This document shows, one piece after another, positions 38,993-53,350 of a stretch of 64,000 nucleotides of DNA. The position numbers and the translations under genes are program-made. The notes under the pieces are model-generated. The model saw only the letters and a list, made by a program, of their open reading frames with translations, did no database searches and was not told the origin of the DNA. The DNA lies in the NCBI RefSeq assembly GCF_009914755.1, contig NC_060925.1; one strand, 5' to 3'. This DNA comes from the human T2T-CHM13v2.0 reference genome, Homo sapiens. Numbering within the stretch: position 1 is the first letter of the stretch; every line of letters starts with the position of its first letter.

Positions 38993-41900
38993 TCGTTTTA
39001 ATTTTTATAAGTGTGAGCATGTAAAGTTTGTCTTTCTGTGCCTGACTTATTTCACTTAACATAATGACTACCAGTTCCCTCCATGTTGTTGTAAATGACA
39101 GGATCTCAACCTTTTTCATGGCTGACTAGTATTTCATTGTGTATATGTACCACATTTACTTTAGGCATTTATCTGTTGATGAACACTTAGGTTGTTTGCA
39201 AATCTTGGCTGTTGTGAATAGGTCTGCAATAAACATGGGCTACAGATATCTTTTTGATAGACTGATTTCCTTTCTTTTGGATATATACACCCAGTAGTGT
39301 TAATGCTGGATAATAAAGTAGCTGTTTTATTTTTAGTTTTTTCAGGAACTTCCAAACTGTTCTCCATAGTGGTTGTACTAATTTACATTCCTATCAGCTG
39401 TGTACGAGGACTCCCATTTCTCCACATCTCGCCAGCATTTGTTATTTCCTGACTTTTGGGTAAAAGCCATTTTAGCTGGGGTCAGATGATATCTCATTGC
39501 AGTTTTGATTTGCATTTCTCCGATTTTCAGTGATGTTGACCACATTTCATATAATTATTTGCCTTTTGTATCTCTTCTTTTGAGAAATGTCTATTCAGAT
39601 ATTTTGTCCATTTTTAATCGGATTATTAGATTTTCCTATCATATTGCTTGAGTTCATTATATAATCTGGTTATTAATCCCTTGTCAGATGGGTAGTTTGC
39701 ACATATCTTCTCCAATTCTGTGGGTTGTTGTTTCACTTTGTTGATTGTATCCTTTGCTGTGCAGAAACTTTTTAACTTGATGTGATCCTATTTGTCTATT
39801 TGGGCTTGGTTGCCTGTGCTTTTGGGGTACTCTTCAAAAAATTTTTGCCCTGATCAATGTCCTGGAGAATTTCTTCAATGTTTACTTTTAGCAGTTTCAT
39901 AGTCCAAGGTCTTAGATTTAAGTCTTTAATCCATTTTGATTTGATCTTTGTATATGGTGAGAGATAGGTGTCGAATTTCATTTTTTTTGCCAGTGGATAT
40001 CCAGTTTTTCTACAACCATTAATTGAAGAAACTGTCCTTTCCCCAATGTGTGTTCATGGCACCTTCATCAAAAATGAGTTCACTGTAGATATATGGATTT
40101 ATCTCTGGGTTCTCCATTCTGTTACACTGATCTATATGTCTGTTTTTATGCCAGTGAAATGCCATTTTGTTTACTATAGCTCTGTAGTGTAATTTAAAGG
40201 CAGGTAATGTGATTCCTTCAGTTTCCTTCTTTTGCTCAGGATGGCTTTCGCTATTCTGAGTCTCTTGTGGTTTCATATAAATTTTAAAATTGTTTTTTCT
40301 ATTTCTGTGAAGAATGTCATTAGTATTTTGATAAGGATTGCCTTAAATTTGTAGATTGCTTTGAGTAGTATGGACATTTTTACATTGATTGATTCTTTGT
40401 TCATTGTTGATTCTTCCAATTCATGAACATGGAATATCTTTCATTTTTGTGTGTCCTATTCAAATCTTTGTATTAATGTTTTATAGTTTTCATTGTAGAG
40501 ATCTTTCACTTCTTGAGTTAATTTAATTTCTAGGTATTTTATTTTATTTGTAGCCATTGTGAATGGGATTACTTTATTTAATTCTGTCTCAGATTGTTCT
40601 CTGTTGGCATATAGAGGATACTACTGATTTTGTATGTTGATTTTGTATCCTACAACTTTACTGAATTTGTTTATAAGTTCTAATAGTTTTCTTGGTGGAG
40701 ACGTTAGATTTTTCCAAATATAAGATCATGTCATCTGGAAACAAGGATAATTTGACTTCTTCCTTTCTAATTTGTATGCCCTTTATTTCTTTCTCTTAGC
40801 TCATTGCCCTATCTAGAAATTCCAGGACTATGTTGAAAAACAGTGGGGAAAGTGGACATCTTTGTTGTGTTCCTGATCTTAGAAAAAGGCTTTCAGGTTT
40901 TCCCCATTAAGTATGATACTAGCTGTGGATCTGTCATAGGTGGCTTTTGTTATGTTGAGGTATGTTTCTTCTATCCTCAGGTTTTTGAAGGTTTTTAATC
41001 ATGAAGGGATGTCGAATGTTATCAAATGCTTCTTTAGCATCAATTGAAATGATCATATGGTTTTTGTCCTTTATTGCATTGATAGAATGTATTACATTAA
41101 TTTATTTGCATATGTTGAACCATCTGTACATCCCTGGGATAAATCCCACTTGTTCATGATAACTGATCTTTTTAATGTATAGTTGAATTTGGTTCACTAG
41201 TATTTTGTTGCAAATGTTTGCATTAATATTCATCAGTGATACTGGCTGATAGTTTTCTCTATTGATGTATCTTTGGGTTTGGTATCAAGATAATACTGGC
41301 CTTATGAATAAGTCTGAAAGTATTCCTTCCTCCTCTATTTTTCAGAATAGTTTGAGTAGAATTGGTATTATTTCTTTAAGTGTTTGGTAGAATTCATCAG
41401 CGATACCATTCGGTCCTAGGCTTTTCTTTGCTGGGAGACTTATTATTATGGCTTCAATCTAATTACTAGTTATTGTTCTGTTTAGATTTTGGATTTCTTC
41501 ATGGTTCGATCTTGGAAGGTTTTATGTGTGTAGGAATTTATCAATTTCTTCTAGATTTTTCAATTTATCATCATATACTTGCTCATAGTAACCACTAAAG
41601 ATCTTTTGAATTTCTGTAGTATCAGTTGTAATATCTCCTTTTTTATCTCTGATTTTATTTATTTGAGTCTTCTCCCCCTTTTTACTCTGGCTAAAGGCTT
41701 GTCAATTTTGTTTGCTTTTTCAAAAAAAAATGATTTTTTTCATTGATATTTCATATTGTTTTCTTAATTTCAAATTCATTAATTTTAGTCTGATTTTTAT
41801 TATGTCTTTTCTTCTACTAATTTTGAGTTTGGTTTGCTCTTGCTTTTCTAGTTCTTCAAGATGCATCATTAGGTTGTTTATTTGAAGTTTTTCTTTTGTG

Positions 41901-43114
41901 ATGTAGGCACTAATAGCTATAAACTTCCTTCTTGGTACTGCTTTTGCTTTATCCCATAGGTTTTGGTATGTATTTCCATTATAATTTGTTTGAAGACATT
42001 TTTTCATTTTCCTCCTTAACTTCTTCATTGTCCCACTGGTTATTCAGGAGCATATCATTTAATTTTCATGTGTTTGTGTATTTTCCAAAATTCCCCTTTT
42101 TATTGATTTCTAGTTTTATTCCCTTGTGGTCAGAGAAGGTGCTTAATATTATTTCACATTTTTTGAATGTTTTAAGACTTGTTTTGTGATTTAACATATG
42201 GTCTATCCTTGAGAATGATCCATGTGCTGAGGAAAAGAATATGTATTTTGTAGCTCTTGGATGAAATGTTCTGTAAATATCTATTAGGTCAATTTGCTCT
42301 GCACTGCAGATTAAGTCTGATGTTTCCTTGTTGATTTTCTGTCTGGAAGATCTGTCTAATGCTGACAGTGGGGTGTTGAAGTCTCCAGCTTTTATTGTGT
42401 TTGGTTCTATCTCTCTCTTTAGCACTAATAGTATGTGTTTTGTATACCTATGTGCTCCTGTACTGGATGCGTATTTATTTAAAATTGTTATATTCTCTTG
42501 CTGAATTCATCCCTTTATCATTATATAGTGACTTTTGTCTATTCTTATACTATTCATCCTGAAATATATTTTGTCTGATTTAAGTATAGGTACTCCTGCT
42601 CCGTTTTGGTTTCCATTGGCATGGAATATCTTTTTTCTGTCCCTTTATTTTCAGTTATGTATGCCTTTATAGGCAAAGTGTGTTTCTTGAAAGCAACAGA
42701 TCATTGGGTCTTGGTTTTTAATCTGTTCAGTCACTCCACAACTTTTGATTGAAGAGTTTAGTCTATTTATATTCAATGTTATTATTGATGAGTAAGGACT
42801 TACTCCTGCCTTTTTATCATTTGTTTTCTGGTTGTTTTGTCATCTTCTCCTCATTCCTTTCTTCCTTCTCGTCTTCCTTTTAGTGAAGGTAATTTTCTCT
42901 GGTGATATTATTTAATTCATTGCTTTTTATTTTTTGTGTACCCATTGTATGTTTTTTTTTATTTGAGGTCACCATGAGGCCTGCAAATACTATCTTATAA
43001 CCCATTATTTTAAGCTGATAACAACAACACTATTTGCAAAAACAAATGAGCACAAAGAAAACTAATAAAAACTCAGCACCTTAACTTTGCCTTCCCACTT
43101 TTTAACATTTTGTG

Positions 43115-43970
43115 TTTCTTTTCTCTTTTTATTATACTTTAAGTTCTGGGATACATGTGCAGAATGTGTAGTTTTGTTACATAGGTATATATGTGCCACG
43201 GTGGTTTGCTGCACCCATCAACCCATCATCTACATTAGGTATTTCTCCTAATGCTATCCCTTCCCTAGCCCCCCATCCCCCGACAGGCCGCAGTGTGTGA
43301 TGTTCCCCTCCCTGTGTCCATGTGTTCTCATTGTTCAACTCCCACTTATAAGTGAGAACATGTGGTGTTTGGTTTTCTGTTCCTGTGTTAGTTTGCTGAG
43401 AATGATGGTTTCCAGTTTCATCCATGTCCCTGCAAAGGACATGAACTCATCCCTTTTTATGGAGGCATAGTATTCCATGGCGTATATGTGCCACATTTTC
43501 TTTATTCAGTCTATCATTGATTGGCATTTGGGTTGGTTCCAAGTCTTTGCTATTGTGAATAGTGCTGCAATAAACATATGTGTGCATTTGTCTTTATAGT
43601 AGAATGATTTATTATCTTTTGGGTATAAACCCAGTAATGGGATTGCTGGGTCAAATGGTATTTCTGGCTCTAGATCCTTGAGGAATTACCACACTGTCTT
43701 CCACAATGGTTGAAATAATTTACATGCCCACCAACAGTGTAAAAGCATTCCTATTTCTCCACATCCTCTCCAGCATCTGTTGCTTCCTGACATTTTAATG
43801 ATCACCATTCTAATTGGCGTGAGATGGTATCTCATTGGAGTTTTGATTTGCATTTCTCTGATGACAAGTGATGATGAGCTTTTTTTCATATGTTTTTTGG
43901 CCACATAAATGTCTTCTTTTGAGAAGTGTCTGTTCATATCCTTCACCCACTTTTTGATAGGGTTGTTTGT
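43115..43970 (-). mobile_element. 5'-truncated L1PA7-like element nested in L1MA
   Basis: ttctgggatacatgtgcagaat..gcacccatcaacccatcatctacattaggtatttctcc; ORF2 C-terminal piece at 43686-43946. Confidence 0.88.
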
Positions 43971-46900
43971 TGTAATTTTTATTTATATCTTATCATACTG
44001 TCTATGTCTTGAAAAATTCTTATGGTTTTTTTCATTGGTCCATCCTTTAGTCTCTCTACTTAAGATAAGAATAGTTTATACACCGCAGTTACAGTGTTAT
44101 AATACTCTGTGTTTTTCTGTGTCCTTACTATTACCAGTGAGTTTTGTACTTTTAGATGGTGTCTTATTGCTCATTAATGTCTTTTTCTTTCTGATTGAAG
44201 TACTTCCTTTAGCATTTCTGGCAGAACAGATCTGGTGTTGATGAAATCCTTCAGCCTTTGTTTGTCTGGGAAAGTCTTTATCTGCATGTTCAAAGGATGT
44301 TTTCACTGAATATAGTATTCTAAGGTAAAATATTTTTCCTTCAGCACTTTAGATATGTCATGCCATTCTCTCATGGCCTATAAACTCTCTACTGAAAAGT
44401 CTGCTGCAAGATGTATTGAAGCTCCATTGTGTGTTACTTGTTTTTTTGCTCTTGATGCTTTTAGGACCTTTTCTTTATCCTTGACCTTTGGGAGTTTGAT
44501 TATTAAATGAACTGAGGTAGTCTTATTTGGATTGAATCTGCTTTATGTTTTCTAACCTTCTCATACTTGGATATTGATATCTTTCTTAGGTGAGGAGTTA
44601 TCTGTTATTATCCTTTAAAATAAAATTTCTACCCCTACCTCTACCACCTCTTTAAGGCCAGTAAGTTTTAGATTTGCCCGTTTGAGGCTATTTTCTAGAT
44701 CTTGTAGTCATGCTGTATTTTTTTTTATTCTTCTTTCTTTTGTCTTCTCTGACTGCATATTTTCAAAAGGCTGTTTTCATGCTGACTAATTGTTTTTTCT
44801 GCTTGATCAACTCTGCTATGAAAAGACTCTGATGCATTGATGCATTCTTCAGTATGCCAATTGGATTTTTCAATTCCAGAATTTCTGCTTGATTCTTTTT
44901 AATTATTTCCATCTCTTAGTTAAATTTGTCTGATAAAATTCTGAATTCCTTCACTGTGTTACCTTGAATTTCTTTGAGTTTCCTCAAAACAACTATTTTG
45001 AATTATCTGTCTAAAGGTCACATATCTCTGTGTCTCCAAAGTTGGTCTCTAGTGCCTTTTTTAGTTCATTTCATGAGGTCATGTTTTCCAGGATGGTCTT
45101 GATGCTTATAGATATTCATCTGTGTCTGGCCATTGAAGAGTTAGATATTTATTGTAGCTGTCAAAGTCTGGGCTTGTTTGTGCCCATCCTTCCTGGGAAG
45201 GCTTTCAAGGTATTCAAAAGGACATGGGTGTTGTAATTTAAGCCGTATCTGCATTAGGGAGAACCCGAAGTTCATTAATGCTGTGGTTCTTGCAAACATA
45301 GAGGTACTACCTTAGTTGTCTTGCATAAGATTCAGATCGTTTCCCTTACTTTCTCCCAAAGAGAGTCTCTTTCTCTTTTCTGAGCTACTTGGAGCTGTGG
45401 GTGGGATGATACCATCCTGGGACTGCACTGGATCAGACCTAAAGCCAGCACAGCACTGGGCCTCACTGTAACCACTCTCTGGCTACCACCTATGTTCAGT
45501 CAAGGCCCTGAAGTTCTAAAATCAGCAGGTAGTGAAGTCAGTCAGGCTTGTGTCTCTCCCTTCATGGTGGCAAGTTCCCCCTGGCCCCAGGGAGGTCCAG
45601 AGGTCCCATCTGGGAGCCAGGGACTAGAATCAAAAACCTTAGGAGTATACCTAGTATTTTAATTTACTGTAGGTGAGCTGGCAGTCAAACCATGAGACAC
45701 AGTCCTTTCCACTCTTCCCTCCTCTTTCCATTGGGAGAAGAGTCTTAGCCCATGGCCACCATCTCCACAGACCCATGGGGATTAGTGATAGGCTACCATC
45801 AATATTCCCTTAAGGCTCAAGGGCTCTTTATTCAGTTTGTGGTGAATGCTGCCTGGCATGGGACTCACTATTCGGGGCAGCGGGCTTCCTTTTGGCCCAG
45901 GATAGGTCAAGAAATGTCATGCAGGAGTCGAGGCCTGGAACTGGGGACCCCAGGAGCCTGCTTTGTGCTCTTTTCCTCTGTGGCAAAGCTGGTACCTAAG
46001 GTGCAAGACAATGTCCCCTTTACTTTTCCCTTCACTTTTCTCAAGCAAGAGGAGTCTCTTCCCATAGCCACCACAACTGGGAATGTGCTGAGTCTCACGT
46101 GAAGCCAGCAAGTCTGAGTCTCACCTGAGGCCACAGCATAGTATCTGGGTATCACTATTGGTTATTCAGGGCCCAGGGGCACTTTAGTCAGCAGGTGGTG
46201 GATCCTTCCCCTCAAGGCAGCATGTTCCCTTCTTGCCTAGGGTGTGTCTAGTAGTATCATGTAGGAAGTAGGGCCTGGAAAGGGTGCCTCATGACTTTGA
46301 CTGGTGCTCTATCCTACTGTGGCTAAGCTGGTATCAACGATCCAAGACAAAGTTTTCTTACTCTTTTCTTTCCTCTCCTCAAGCAGGAGGAAGGAGTGAG
46401 TCTCTTTTGGAACCATGAGCTGTGCAGCCTGGGGTTAGAGGAGAAGTGGCAGACACATTCCCTTAGCCAACCAGTTGGTATCTCAGTAGGTCACATATGC
46501 TCCCAAGTCCACTGGCGCTGAGCCCAGTTCAGTCCTAGGACTTACCTTAGAGTTGCAGTTCCAGTGTCCTAGACTGCCTTTCAAGTTTACTTATGGCCTC
46601 AGAGCATTTTAGCCCATGGTAGTGAGGCTTCCTGGAGCTCAATTTCCTGCTGCTGGGATGGGCAATACTCCTGTGGCTAGGGCTCGTTTAAAAACTCCCT
46701 CTGTGGTCGGGCATCAGCTGAGTTCAGCCTAGTTATGCTTTCTGCTATGACAGGGGCAGCATTGAGTTCAATGCGATGTGTCATGCAACGGCTGCATTCA
46801 TCCTGTCTCAAGTGCTAAGATTCTCCATGCCATGTGGCCGCTGCTGGGGGATGGGGCAGAGTAATGTTTGCAATTCAGGACTCTTTCCTGCCCTCTTCAA

Positions 46901-46978
46901 TGCCTCTTTCAGTGACATGAAGTTAAAACCAAGCACTGTGAGTGTTCACCTGGTTTTTGGTTCTTATGAAGGCACTTT

Positions 46979-47101
46979 AAAAAAATTTTTTTTATTATAC
47001 TTTAAGTTCTAGGGCACATGTGCACAACATGCAGGTTTGTTACATATGTATACATGTGCCATGTTGGTGTGCTGCACCCATTAACTTGTCATTTACATTA
47101 G
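46979..47101 (-). mobile_element. About 120-bp L1PA4/5-like 3' stub nested in the L1MA 5'UTR
   Basis: L1PA 3' terminal sequence; perfect TSD ATGAAGGCACTTT at 46966-46978 and 47102-47114. Confidence 0.9.
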
Positions 47102-47229
47102 ATGAAGGCACTTTTTGTTGTGTGTGTAGATAGTTGTTAAATTGGCGTCCTATCAGGGTGGGGTGGTGATGATCGGTGGAGCCTATTTGGCCATCTTCCT
47201 CTGCCCTTCTACTTAATACATTTTTTTTA

Positions 47230-47378
47230 AAAAATTGTATTAAGTAAAGTTCAGTTCCTCAGTCATACTAGCCACATTTGAAGTGCTCAATAGCTGTATG
47301 TGGCTAGCAGCCACTTTATTGGACAGCACAGATATTGAACATTTCCATCATTGCAGAAAGTTCTATTGCACAACCCAC
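47230..47378 (-). mobile_element. MER3 (hAT-Charlie) right portion
   Basis: ttcagttcctcagtcatactagccacatttgaagtgctcaatagc..gaacatttccatcattgcagaaagttctattg. Confidence 0.85.
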
Positions 47379-47379
47379 T

Positions 47380-47585
47380 TCATAGTTAACTGATCTGAGG
47401 TCAGACAGATCTGGATTTAAATCTTGATTTTTGCACTTATTCTATGTGTGATCCTAAGCAAGTCACTTATATTTCTTAGACTTAGGTTAACCATGGATAA
47501 AATACAGATGACATGGATAATGTACATATAAAGAACCTAACAAAGCACCTGGCATATAATAGGCATTTGAGAATATTTATATTTG
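47380..47585 (+). mobile_element. MIR SINE
   Basis: gtcagacagatctggatttaaatcttg..tgtgtgatcctaagcaagtcactt..cacctggcatataatagg. Confidence 0.75.
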
Positions 47586-48995
47586 AAACCTTTATTCTAT
47601 TATCCCAACTCCCTTTTCCTCCAGTGAGCCAATCATTCTCCTATGTCCTCCTCCATCAAGTGTAAATCTATTTCAACTAGATTTTCATGCAGACTTCACA
47701 TCCTTCATTCACTAGCCACACTGCCATCTCAGTCCATGATTCTAGATTAGTCCAAACATATTCCCTGATCCAACTGAGTCAGCCAAACCTTGTTAAGGGA
47801 TATCATTTCACTATTGAGATTATCAACAGTGAGTTGATAATGTTAATGAGCAGCCTGTCGGTTCCTGTGAGTGACCTCCAGGCAACTTGGCAAGCCTTTG
47901 ATTGTGCTTTTCTGGCTACTCTTTTCATTTTTGATAATTTCTATTCTAACTGCAGTCTCTTCCTCAGGCCCTACATATCTGTGTTAATAGACAACTTTAT
48001 CACCTGAATGAATTCAATGGACTTGTCTTCCCTACAATTCCAAGTATATATTTTTTATTTACAGAGGTTCCCAAATGCCAGGATCTAAACAAGTGTACAC
48101 AGCTGGCTGGCTACTTTAGAAGCACCTGATTAATCTAAAAAAGAAAACATCAACTAGGACTTGACCTCAACCTACTGCATGATAATCTTTAGTACTGGGA
48201 AAATCACTCCTTGGGTGATTTTGAGACTCTAGCCAAATTTGGGAGACACCATCAAGAATGTCATGGACACTTTTTGCTTATAACTGTTAATTGCTATTTC
48301 ATGCTATTTGATATTAACCTGGCTGCCCTTATTTCCTCCTAGCAGTTGAACACGTAGGCTGCACTTTTTCAGAGCTCTTCAATGAGTTGTTAGAGCATCT
48401 GTCTCACCTGTGGTCATTACATTTAATCTCTCTTTGCTAGAATTGTTAACACACTCCCACTGGTGGCTTGCCAAGCTTGAGAGTAGCTAGAACAGCTCCT
48501 TTGCAGTGACCTGGCTGTGCTCCAAGATTTCATTTTTGGTCATTTTGTCTGACTATTTAATGCAAACTGTAGATCATAGATAATGGTGGTGAAAGAGTTC
48601 AAGTAACCAGAAGTGTAATCTTGAGAAGATGCAAGTTTCAGTTATATAATAATTTAGACACAAACATTGCTCTGCAAAATTATTAACTTCATTTTAAGTA
48701 TGTTTCCAGTGGGCATCACATATAGCATTCCAAGGAACAAAACGACTTTTAGTATTTTTTTTATATTTTCACCTATTTGTGTATCGTTCATGTAATTTAT
48801 AGTGAATTGTTTTGGCCCCAGTTATCTTTTTGGCAGTTCTCAAAAACTTAAAATGTCACTGATGGAAGCAAAAATTTCAGTGACAATAGCAAAATGATAA
48901 GAAATCAACATGTAATCAACATATTAACACTAAAAACATATATTTGAATATAAATATCATATTTATATATATTTTACATCTATAACACATAAATA

Positions 48996-49110
48996 TGGAG
49001 GCAGGGCCTCGCTCTATTGCCCAGGCTGGAGTGTAGTGGCATGATCACAGCTCACTGCAGCCTCCACCTTTGCGTCCTCAAGTGATTCTCTCACCTCAGC
49101 CTCCTGAGTA
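48996..49110 (-). mobile_element. AluJ/FLAM-type monomer fragment
   Basis: ctcgctctattgcccaggctggagtgtagtggcatgatcacagctcactgcagcctc..ctcagcctcctgagta. Confidence 0.8.
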
Positions 49111-49234
49111 TAGATATTAAAATATAAGTGTTAATATTATGTTAATGATAATTTTACCAGAATTAAAAATACATTATATATTTGAATCTCAGGTATTCAC
49201 TCCCCTAGTGGAATTATAATCATGAACTCATGGA

Positions 49235-49470
49235 AATAATGGACTAAGAAGCAACTAGAGAAGTCCAGAAAAGATTGGTTAAATCTTAGTTGAGCCTTCT
49301 TCTACTTCTGATGAGGCCATGAGCAAGTCACTGAGCATATCTGGGCTTAATTTCTTCATCTTTAAAATATTCTTTCATAAAGTTGTTCAAAGGATTAATG
49401 AAGTAAATGGTAAATGGTAAAGTAAATGAAGTAATTTACTTCATGAAGTGATAAAGTAAATGGTAAATAT
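49235..49470 (+). mobile_element. MIR SINE
   Basis: gagcaagtcactgagcatatctgggcttaatttcttcatctttaaaat..gttgttcaaaggattaatga. Confidence 0.65.
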
Positions 49471-49884
49471 ATTACAAAATATTTTAATTGTTTCTAAGGT
49501 CCAAGGTAACTATAAAATTTTGAAATATTTTCTAAATTCTCTACAAAACCTGGAATTTTCTAGAACTTTAGTTAATTCATGATGACGACAACCCACTTTT
49601 ATCCCTGTTAGTGTCCTCGGAAAATTGTCATTAGTAATCCCTTAAATCTTATTGATAAAAAATGAAGTATATTTAATTAAGTTCTTCATCTATAAAAATT
49701 GGCCACTTATATACCTGGATATTTTGTGTTTCCCTAATAATCAGAAAATTTCTAAGCTAATTTTTTTTCCTCAACAGTACTATCTGTTTTCATTTTCTTT
49801 ATTAAAGACCAATTGTAATATGTTTCCAAATATATGGAACATTTAAAATATTAGTATATGATCACATTTTTATTTGTGATAATC

Positions 49885-50130
49885 ATTATTAATAATAGCT
49901 TCATTTACCGAGCTCTCCATTGTGACAGACACAACGCAAAGCATTTTACATGTGTTACCATATTTAATCCTCACAACAATCCTGTTGTGTATGTAAGCAC
50001 ATTAAGTAAGGCACAAAGTATGTGAGTAACTTTACCTAAAATCATCCTTTAAGAAACAAAAAGAGAGGTTAAGCCCAGGCATTCTGATTCCAGAGCTGAG
50101 GAACATTACATTTAAGCCATGCTACATTGC
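49885..50130 (-). mobile_element. MIR SINE
   Basis: aataatagcttcatttaccgagc..tttaatcctcacaacaatcctg..aagcccaggcattctgattccagagc. Confidence 0.75.
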
Positions 50131-50978
50131 CAGCATTGTATAATCTCTTGCATATCTGCTCATGAGTATTCCCAAAATACAACCTCTGAACACCATGATT
50201 CCTGGGAGGCTAACCTGAGGGTCTTGGATACCAATAGTAATCGTTTAAATCCTCCCATAGCCTTTGAAAGTACTTTCTAATCTGTTTTTGAGTTTTTCTG
50301 ACATACCCTGAACCATAATTACATGGAAATCAAGGAGACCACTTTTGTTTTCACATATTTGATAGAGATAAAAAGGAAAAATAATAGCCTATTCAAGAGA
50401 GTAGTTTTCATGTATTCCCCAACCAACATAACTTGTCATTCCCCATCAGAGTGTAATCACAATGAGTAAAAGTGTTTTTAAAAATTACACTACAATTTTA
50501 TGTAGACATTTGCATGTGCAGGTTCTGTTTGCTATAATTTACTATCTTAAGCTTGTAAATACTAGTGAATAATTATAAGCTCACTTAAATTGTTATTAGA
50601 TCATCATGGAGATTTCTGCATTTGCCGAAACACATAATCAAAATTGTGCGATGAATTAATTCAAGAGTCAGAAACTAGAAAATTTGATATAATTTAGTTC
50701 GCATAGCTAATCTTCATGATGAAACTGCAGGGACAGACCTAGAAGCTTAATCTTCACCCCGCCCCCCACACGCACACATATAATGTTGAAGCAATTTATG
50801 TCTTCAATTCTTCAAGTTTCCACTTGGTTTCCTGTCACTGTATTATCATTATCTTGAGAGAAATAACTTTTTCTCACTTGACATGAATTTTGAGTGAAAC
50901 TAAGATTCAAGTTATCACTGCACATTAAAAAACAATTTCTTATACTTTACAAACATAGGGATAGGCATATGAGTGCAT

Positions 50979-50979
<1 letters not shown>

Positions 50980-51011
<32 letters not shown>
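50980..51011. repeat. (CA)n microsatellite
   Basis: About 16 CA units, directly visible. Confidence 0.95.
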
Positions 51012-51012
<1 letters not shown>

Positions 51013-51745
51013 GCACATAAAGCAGCCTCTACATATGAATAGACTGATTTCAGAAAGTATATTTGGAAGACTTTTTTTAAGCCCCAATGATAAGTTCCCA
51101 TAGGAGTAGTATTATGTTATTATTCCACCACAAAAAGCCTTTTTATCTCATATTTTCCACCACTTAACATACTGCTTTTGTGGGATGATCCTTTGTCAAT
51201 TTCCCCTCCAGACACAAGGAACATAATCCTCTCTCTATGCTACTAATCCTAGGAGACCCTCTGCCAGTATACCCGTAATAATCACACTGTTTTCAATGGT
51301 ATGCATGCTATCAACCAGGACAGTTATCAAAACCAGTGATATCCCTGGTTGAGGATAATCATATAGATATTAAGAAATCATGTTTATATTTTCAAAATGA
51401 TAAATACTATGATTTAGTTCCAAATTTTCAAATCCTGAGCATTCAATTTTTTTAGTGTTATAGAAGTTAGTAAAGTGTACATTGATGTGCAAAACTGTAA
51501 ACTTTATGGAAAACAGAAAATACTGACCACAAAGTATATGCTGTTAAAGATGCTCACCCAAGTTGTGTTTGATTAATTTATTATTTTCTGGTTGTCAGCA
51601 TCGCCGTGTAACTAGTAACTGAAAGGTACAATTTATATTAACCACTTTTTTCAAGAAATCACAATTATTAGAATTTAAAAACATTCTGATTCAGTCATTA
51701 GTATGGAATTAAATCAGCAATTCCATTCTTGAAAACTGGTACTTT

Positions 51746-52606
51746 TTAAAAAATTTTCTTATTTCAATAGCTTTAGGGGTACAAGTGGGTTTTGGTTACA
51801 CACATGAATTGTATATTGGTGAAGTCTAGGATTTCAGTGCACATGTCACCTGGATAGTGAACATTGTACTCAATAGGTAGTTTTTCATTAATTAACCTTC
51901 TCCCACCCTTTCCCTTCTGAGTCTCCAGTGTCCATTTTACCACTCTGTGTGCTTTTGCATACTCATACCTTAGTTCTTACACTTAAAAGTAAGAACATAT
52001 GGTATTTGGTTTTTGTTCCTGAGTTACTTCATTTAGAGTAATGGTCTCCACTTCCATCCGAGTTACTGAACATTATTTCATCCTTTTGTGGCTGAGTGGT
52101 ATATATAAACACATATACATGGTGTGTGTAGATATATATGAGCGTGTGTATATATTCTACATATATATACCCCACATCTATATATATAATATATAACATA
52201 TATTATATATGTTATATATATATCATATATATATCATATATGTATCATACATATCATATATATCCCACATTTTCTTTATCCACTTATAGGGTGATGGGCA
52301 GTTAGGTTGATTTCATATATTTGCAATTGTGAATTCTGGTGTAATAAACATATGAGTGCAGGTGTTTTTATGAAATAGTGTCTTCTTTTCCTTTGGGTAA
52401 TCAGTAGTGGGATTACTGGATCAAATGGTAGATTTACTTTTAGTTCTTTGAGAAATCTCCATACTGTTTTTCATAGAGAGTATACTAGTTTACATTCCCA
52501 ACAGCAGTGTATAAGTGTTCCTTTTTCACATCCATGCCAACATCTATTGTATTTTGACTTTTTAATAATGATCATTCTGGCTGGGGTAAGGTGGTATCTC
52601 ATTGTG
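51746..52606 (-). mobile_element. L1PB1-like 3' fragment with an internal (TA)n/(CATATA)n expansion at about 52100-52263
   Basis: tttcaatagctttaggggtacaagtggg..gaattgtatattggtgaagtctagg; degenerate TSD AAAACTG(G/A)TA at 51732 and 52608. Confidence 0.85.
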
Positions 52607-52721
52607 AAAAACTGATATTTGAAATGTTGGTGAAAGATATGCTTTTTCTTTCTGAATGATGACCTTAGTTTTTTAAATTTATTTACTTTGCAAATAATTA
52701 CTCTTTAGTCGATAGGTCTTT

Positions 52722-53094
52722 ATTTTATTCAGCTTGGGCTGCTATAACAAAATACCATAGACTCGGTGGCTTAAACAACAGACTATTGCTCTTAGTTATG
52801 GAGGCTAGGAAGTCCAAGGTCAAGGTGCTGATAAATTTGGTTCCTTGTGCAGGCCTTCACTGTGGCTTGAAGACAGCTTCCTCCGTGTGTCCCCACATGG
52901 TGGAGAGAGAGAGAAGTCTACCTTTTTCCCTTTTTCTCTCTCTCTCTTCCTATAAAGACACTAATCCCATCATGGACGTTCCATTCATAACCTCCTCTAA
53001 AACTAATTACGTCCCAAAGGCCCTACCTTCAAATCACACTGGGGGCTGGTGCTTCAATATTTGAATTCTGTGGGGACATATTCCGTCCATGGCA
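52722..53094 (-). mobile_element. MLT1A/MST-type MaLR solo LTR
   Basis: gggctgctataacaaaataccatagactcggtggcttaaacaacag..ggaagtccaaggtcaaggtgc..gggacatattccgtccatggca. Confidence 0.85.
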
Positions 53095-53350
53095 GTCTCT
53101 AATTAGAGAATGTGCATAAGTTTCATACACATGGTGTTTTTAATTTTTTTTAATTGGGATGCTGGAAAAGTCAAGCACTCTTCAATTTACTATGGTCCCC
53201 GATGCTCCCTGCCAGCTTGCTCCTTGCCGGATCATCTTCATGGTGTTGTCTAGCAAAGTTCTGTGGGAATTTGAATTTTAGACCATTTAACTTGTAAACA
53301 TTTATCCAAAAAAAAGAGTATGAAAATACTCTTCTGATTCTCCCTTATAG

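Noticed and set aside
39161-45236. L1MA ORF1/ORF2 as an active retrotransposon
   Set aside because: Broken into many short frames by stops, frameshifts and nested insertions.
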